Positions 36,461-37,742 of a stretch of DNA of 37,742 nucleotides are shown piece after piece. The notes beneath the pieces are model-generated. The model was given only the letters and a program-made list of their open reading frames with translations. It ran no database searches and was not told the origin of the DNA. Position 1 is the stretch's first letter. Every line of letters starts with the position of its first letter. The position numbers were made by a program, and so were the translations under genes. Location of the stretch: positions 1 to 37,742 of the forward strand of contig CANPHV010000003.1 in NCBI GenBank assembly GCA_947573965.1, written 5' to 3'. Source of the DNA: an uncultured Clostridium sp. (GTDB lineage: Bacteria; Bacillota; Clostridia; TANB77; CAG-508).

Positions 36461-37266
36461 GGGGTTAAAAATTGTATTAACGCTTTATTCAGATCATCCT
36501 TAACTTCATAAAAAGCCCCATGCCCTGCTTTTTCAAAAGGATATAATTTAGCATTTCTTATATTTTGCTTCATTATTCCTGCCATTCCAAATGGGCATAT
36601 TTTATCTTCTTTTCCATGAAAAATACCTGTTGGTACTTGAATATATTTTAAATCGTCCAATACATTTTCATCTCTTAAAGCTATTAAAGAATTCATTTCT
36701 CCTAATCCAGAGGCACTATTATTTAAATTTTGAAACCACTGTTGAAAAGGTTTTGATTGTTCTTTATAAAAGAATATGCTTCCAAAATATTGGTTGAGTG
36801 ATGGTCTATCATTTAATCCCAGTTTAATTAGCTTGTTAGTATCTTCTATTGTTTGACCATAGGGGTTAGCATATGATTTACAGTATGATGGGACAGCAGC
36901 ATCTAATAAGCATAGTTTTCTTACCCCATATCCATGGTATAATTTCATATATCTTGTAACTATCGCTCCCCCCATTGAAAAGCCTAGTAAGTCGAATTTC
37001 CATAGATTTAACGCATAGATAACACAGTATAAATCTGTTGCAAATTGGTTATAACTGTATCCAGTATCAGTTACTTCTGAATTCCCAAATCCTCTTAAGT
37101 CTATTGTAATAATTCTATAGTTTTCCTTTAATAGTATTGGTATTTGATATTCAAACATCTTATGTGATAAAGGCCATCCATGTACTAATACTATTGTTTT
37201 TTCGGCATTTGGATTTAATTCATATACTGCTATTTTTGCATTGTCATTTGAGTTGATAAAAAACAT
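36445..37266 (-). CDS. Alpha/beta hydrolase, non-heme chloroperoxidase family
   Basis: VHGWPLS, DLRGFGNS, GFSMGG nucleophile elbow, HG.ED, GHG. Confidence 0.9.
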   Translation of the reverse strand: MFFINSNDNAKIAVYELNPNAEKTIVLVHGWPLSHKMFEYQIPILLKENYRIITIDLRGFGNSEVTDTGYSYNQFATDLYCVIYALNLWKFDLLGFSMGGAIVTRYMKLYHGYGVRKLCLLDAAVPSYCKSYANPYGQTIEDTNKLIKLGLNDRPSLNQYFGSIFFYKEQSKPFQQWFQNLNNSASGLGEMNSLIALRDENVLDDLKYIQVPTGIFHGKEDKICPFGMAGIMKQNIRNAKLYPFEKAGHGAFYEVKDDLNKALIQFLTPYTNI

Positions 37267-37390
37267 AAATTTTCCTCCTTGTCTTCTTGTTTTATATAGT
37301 TTATGTATATTTTTTATATTTGTTATTATGCTATAAAAGAGCCTAAGCTTAAGCCTGGCTCTTAAAAATCGTATTTGTCTTATTTTTTTA

Positions 37391-37742
37391 TTATTCGCAT
37401 GTTTTCATCATGTCATTCATGTAAAACTTTTTCTCTGCTAGTTTGTCTTGTACTCCACGAAGTGCTTCTCCAAATCTTTGGAAGTGAACGACTTCTCTTT
37501 CACGTAAATATCTTAATGGATCTAATACGTCTGGATTGTCACGACAAAGGTCGATTAGTTTTTCATAGGTTGCTCTGGCTTTTTGTTCTGCTGCTAAGTC
37601 TTCTTGTAAATTAGCGATTGGGTCTCCTTTACATGCAATATAGGATGCTGTAAATGGTACTCCTGCTGCTGAAGATGGATATACGTCTACTCCATGGTCT
37701 GTATAATATGGTGCTAATCCTGCTTTTTCAATTTCTTCGATG
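37391..37742 (-). CDS. cotJC: Spore coat manganese catalase CotJC, 3' part only (runs off the window; absent from the ORF track)
   Basis: My translation: ...YYTDHGVDVYPSSAAGVPFTASYIACKGDPIANLQEDLAAEQKARATYEKL...PLRYLREREVVHFQRFGEAL...CE*. Confidence 0.9.
   Translation of the reverse strand, partial: IEEIEKAGLAPYYTDHGVDVYPSSAAGVPFTASYIACKGDPIANLQEDLAAEQKARATYEKLIDLCRDNPDVLDPLRYLREREVVHFQRFGEALRGVQDKLAEKKFYMNDMMKTCE

Noticed and set aside
37375-37614. Plus-strand 79-aa ORF and other short antisense ORFs inside rho, PBP, ABC, ychF, thrS, sigH and GH18
   Set aside because: They overlap well-supported genes (mostly on the opposite strand, here cotJC) and have no motifs.

Overview
Chromosomal window from a very low-GC, spore-forming Clostridia-type firmicute. 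Contents: core and sporulation genes (aspartokinase, yabP-yabQ-divIC, rho, class A PBP, Xer-type recombinase, SOS-boxed yneA, spoVFB, spoVB-like flippase, SOD, sortase with a tiny LPKTG substrate, ychF, T-box-controlled thrS, tRNA-Thr(GGT), sigH, GH18, sua5, partial cotJC), an AT-rich decaying islet (about 3.9-8.3 kb) and two NUDIX/MazG/HAD/HD house-cleaning clusters. The standout signal is in the spoVFB-membrane protein operon (13.7-15.1 kb, minus strand). It has three +1 frame breaks, and all three fall exactly on an in-frame CGG codon followed by A. Skipping the C, so that CGGA is read as one Gly (GGA), restores two full-length, motif-intact proteins. By eye, in-frame CGG is absent from every other conserved gene in the window. 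This suggests systematic recoding (a programmed +1 frameshift or quadruplet reading at CGG-A) rather than pseudogenes. All calls come from reading the sequence; no searches were run.
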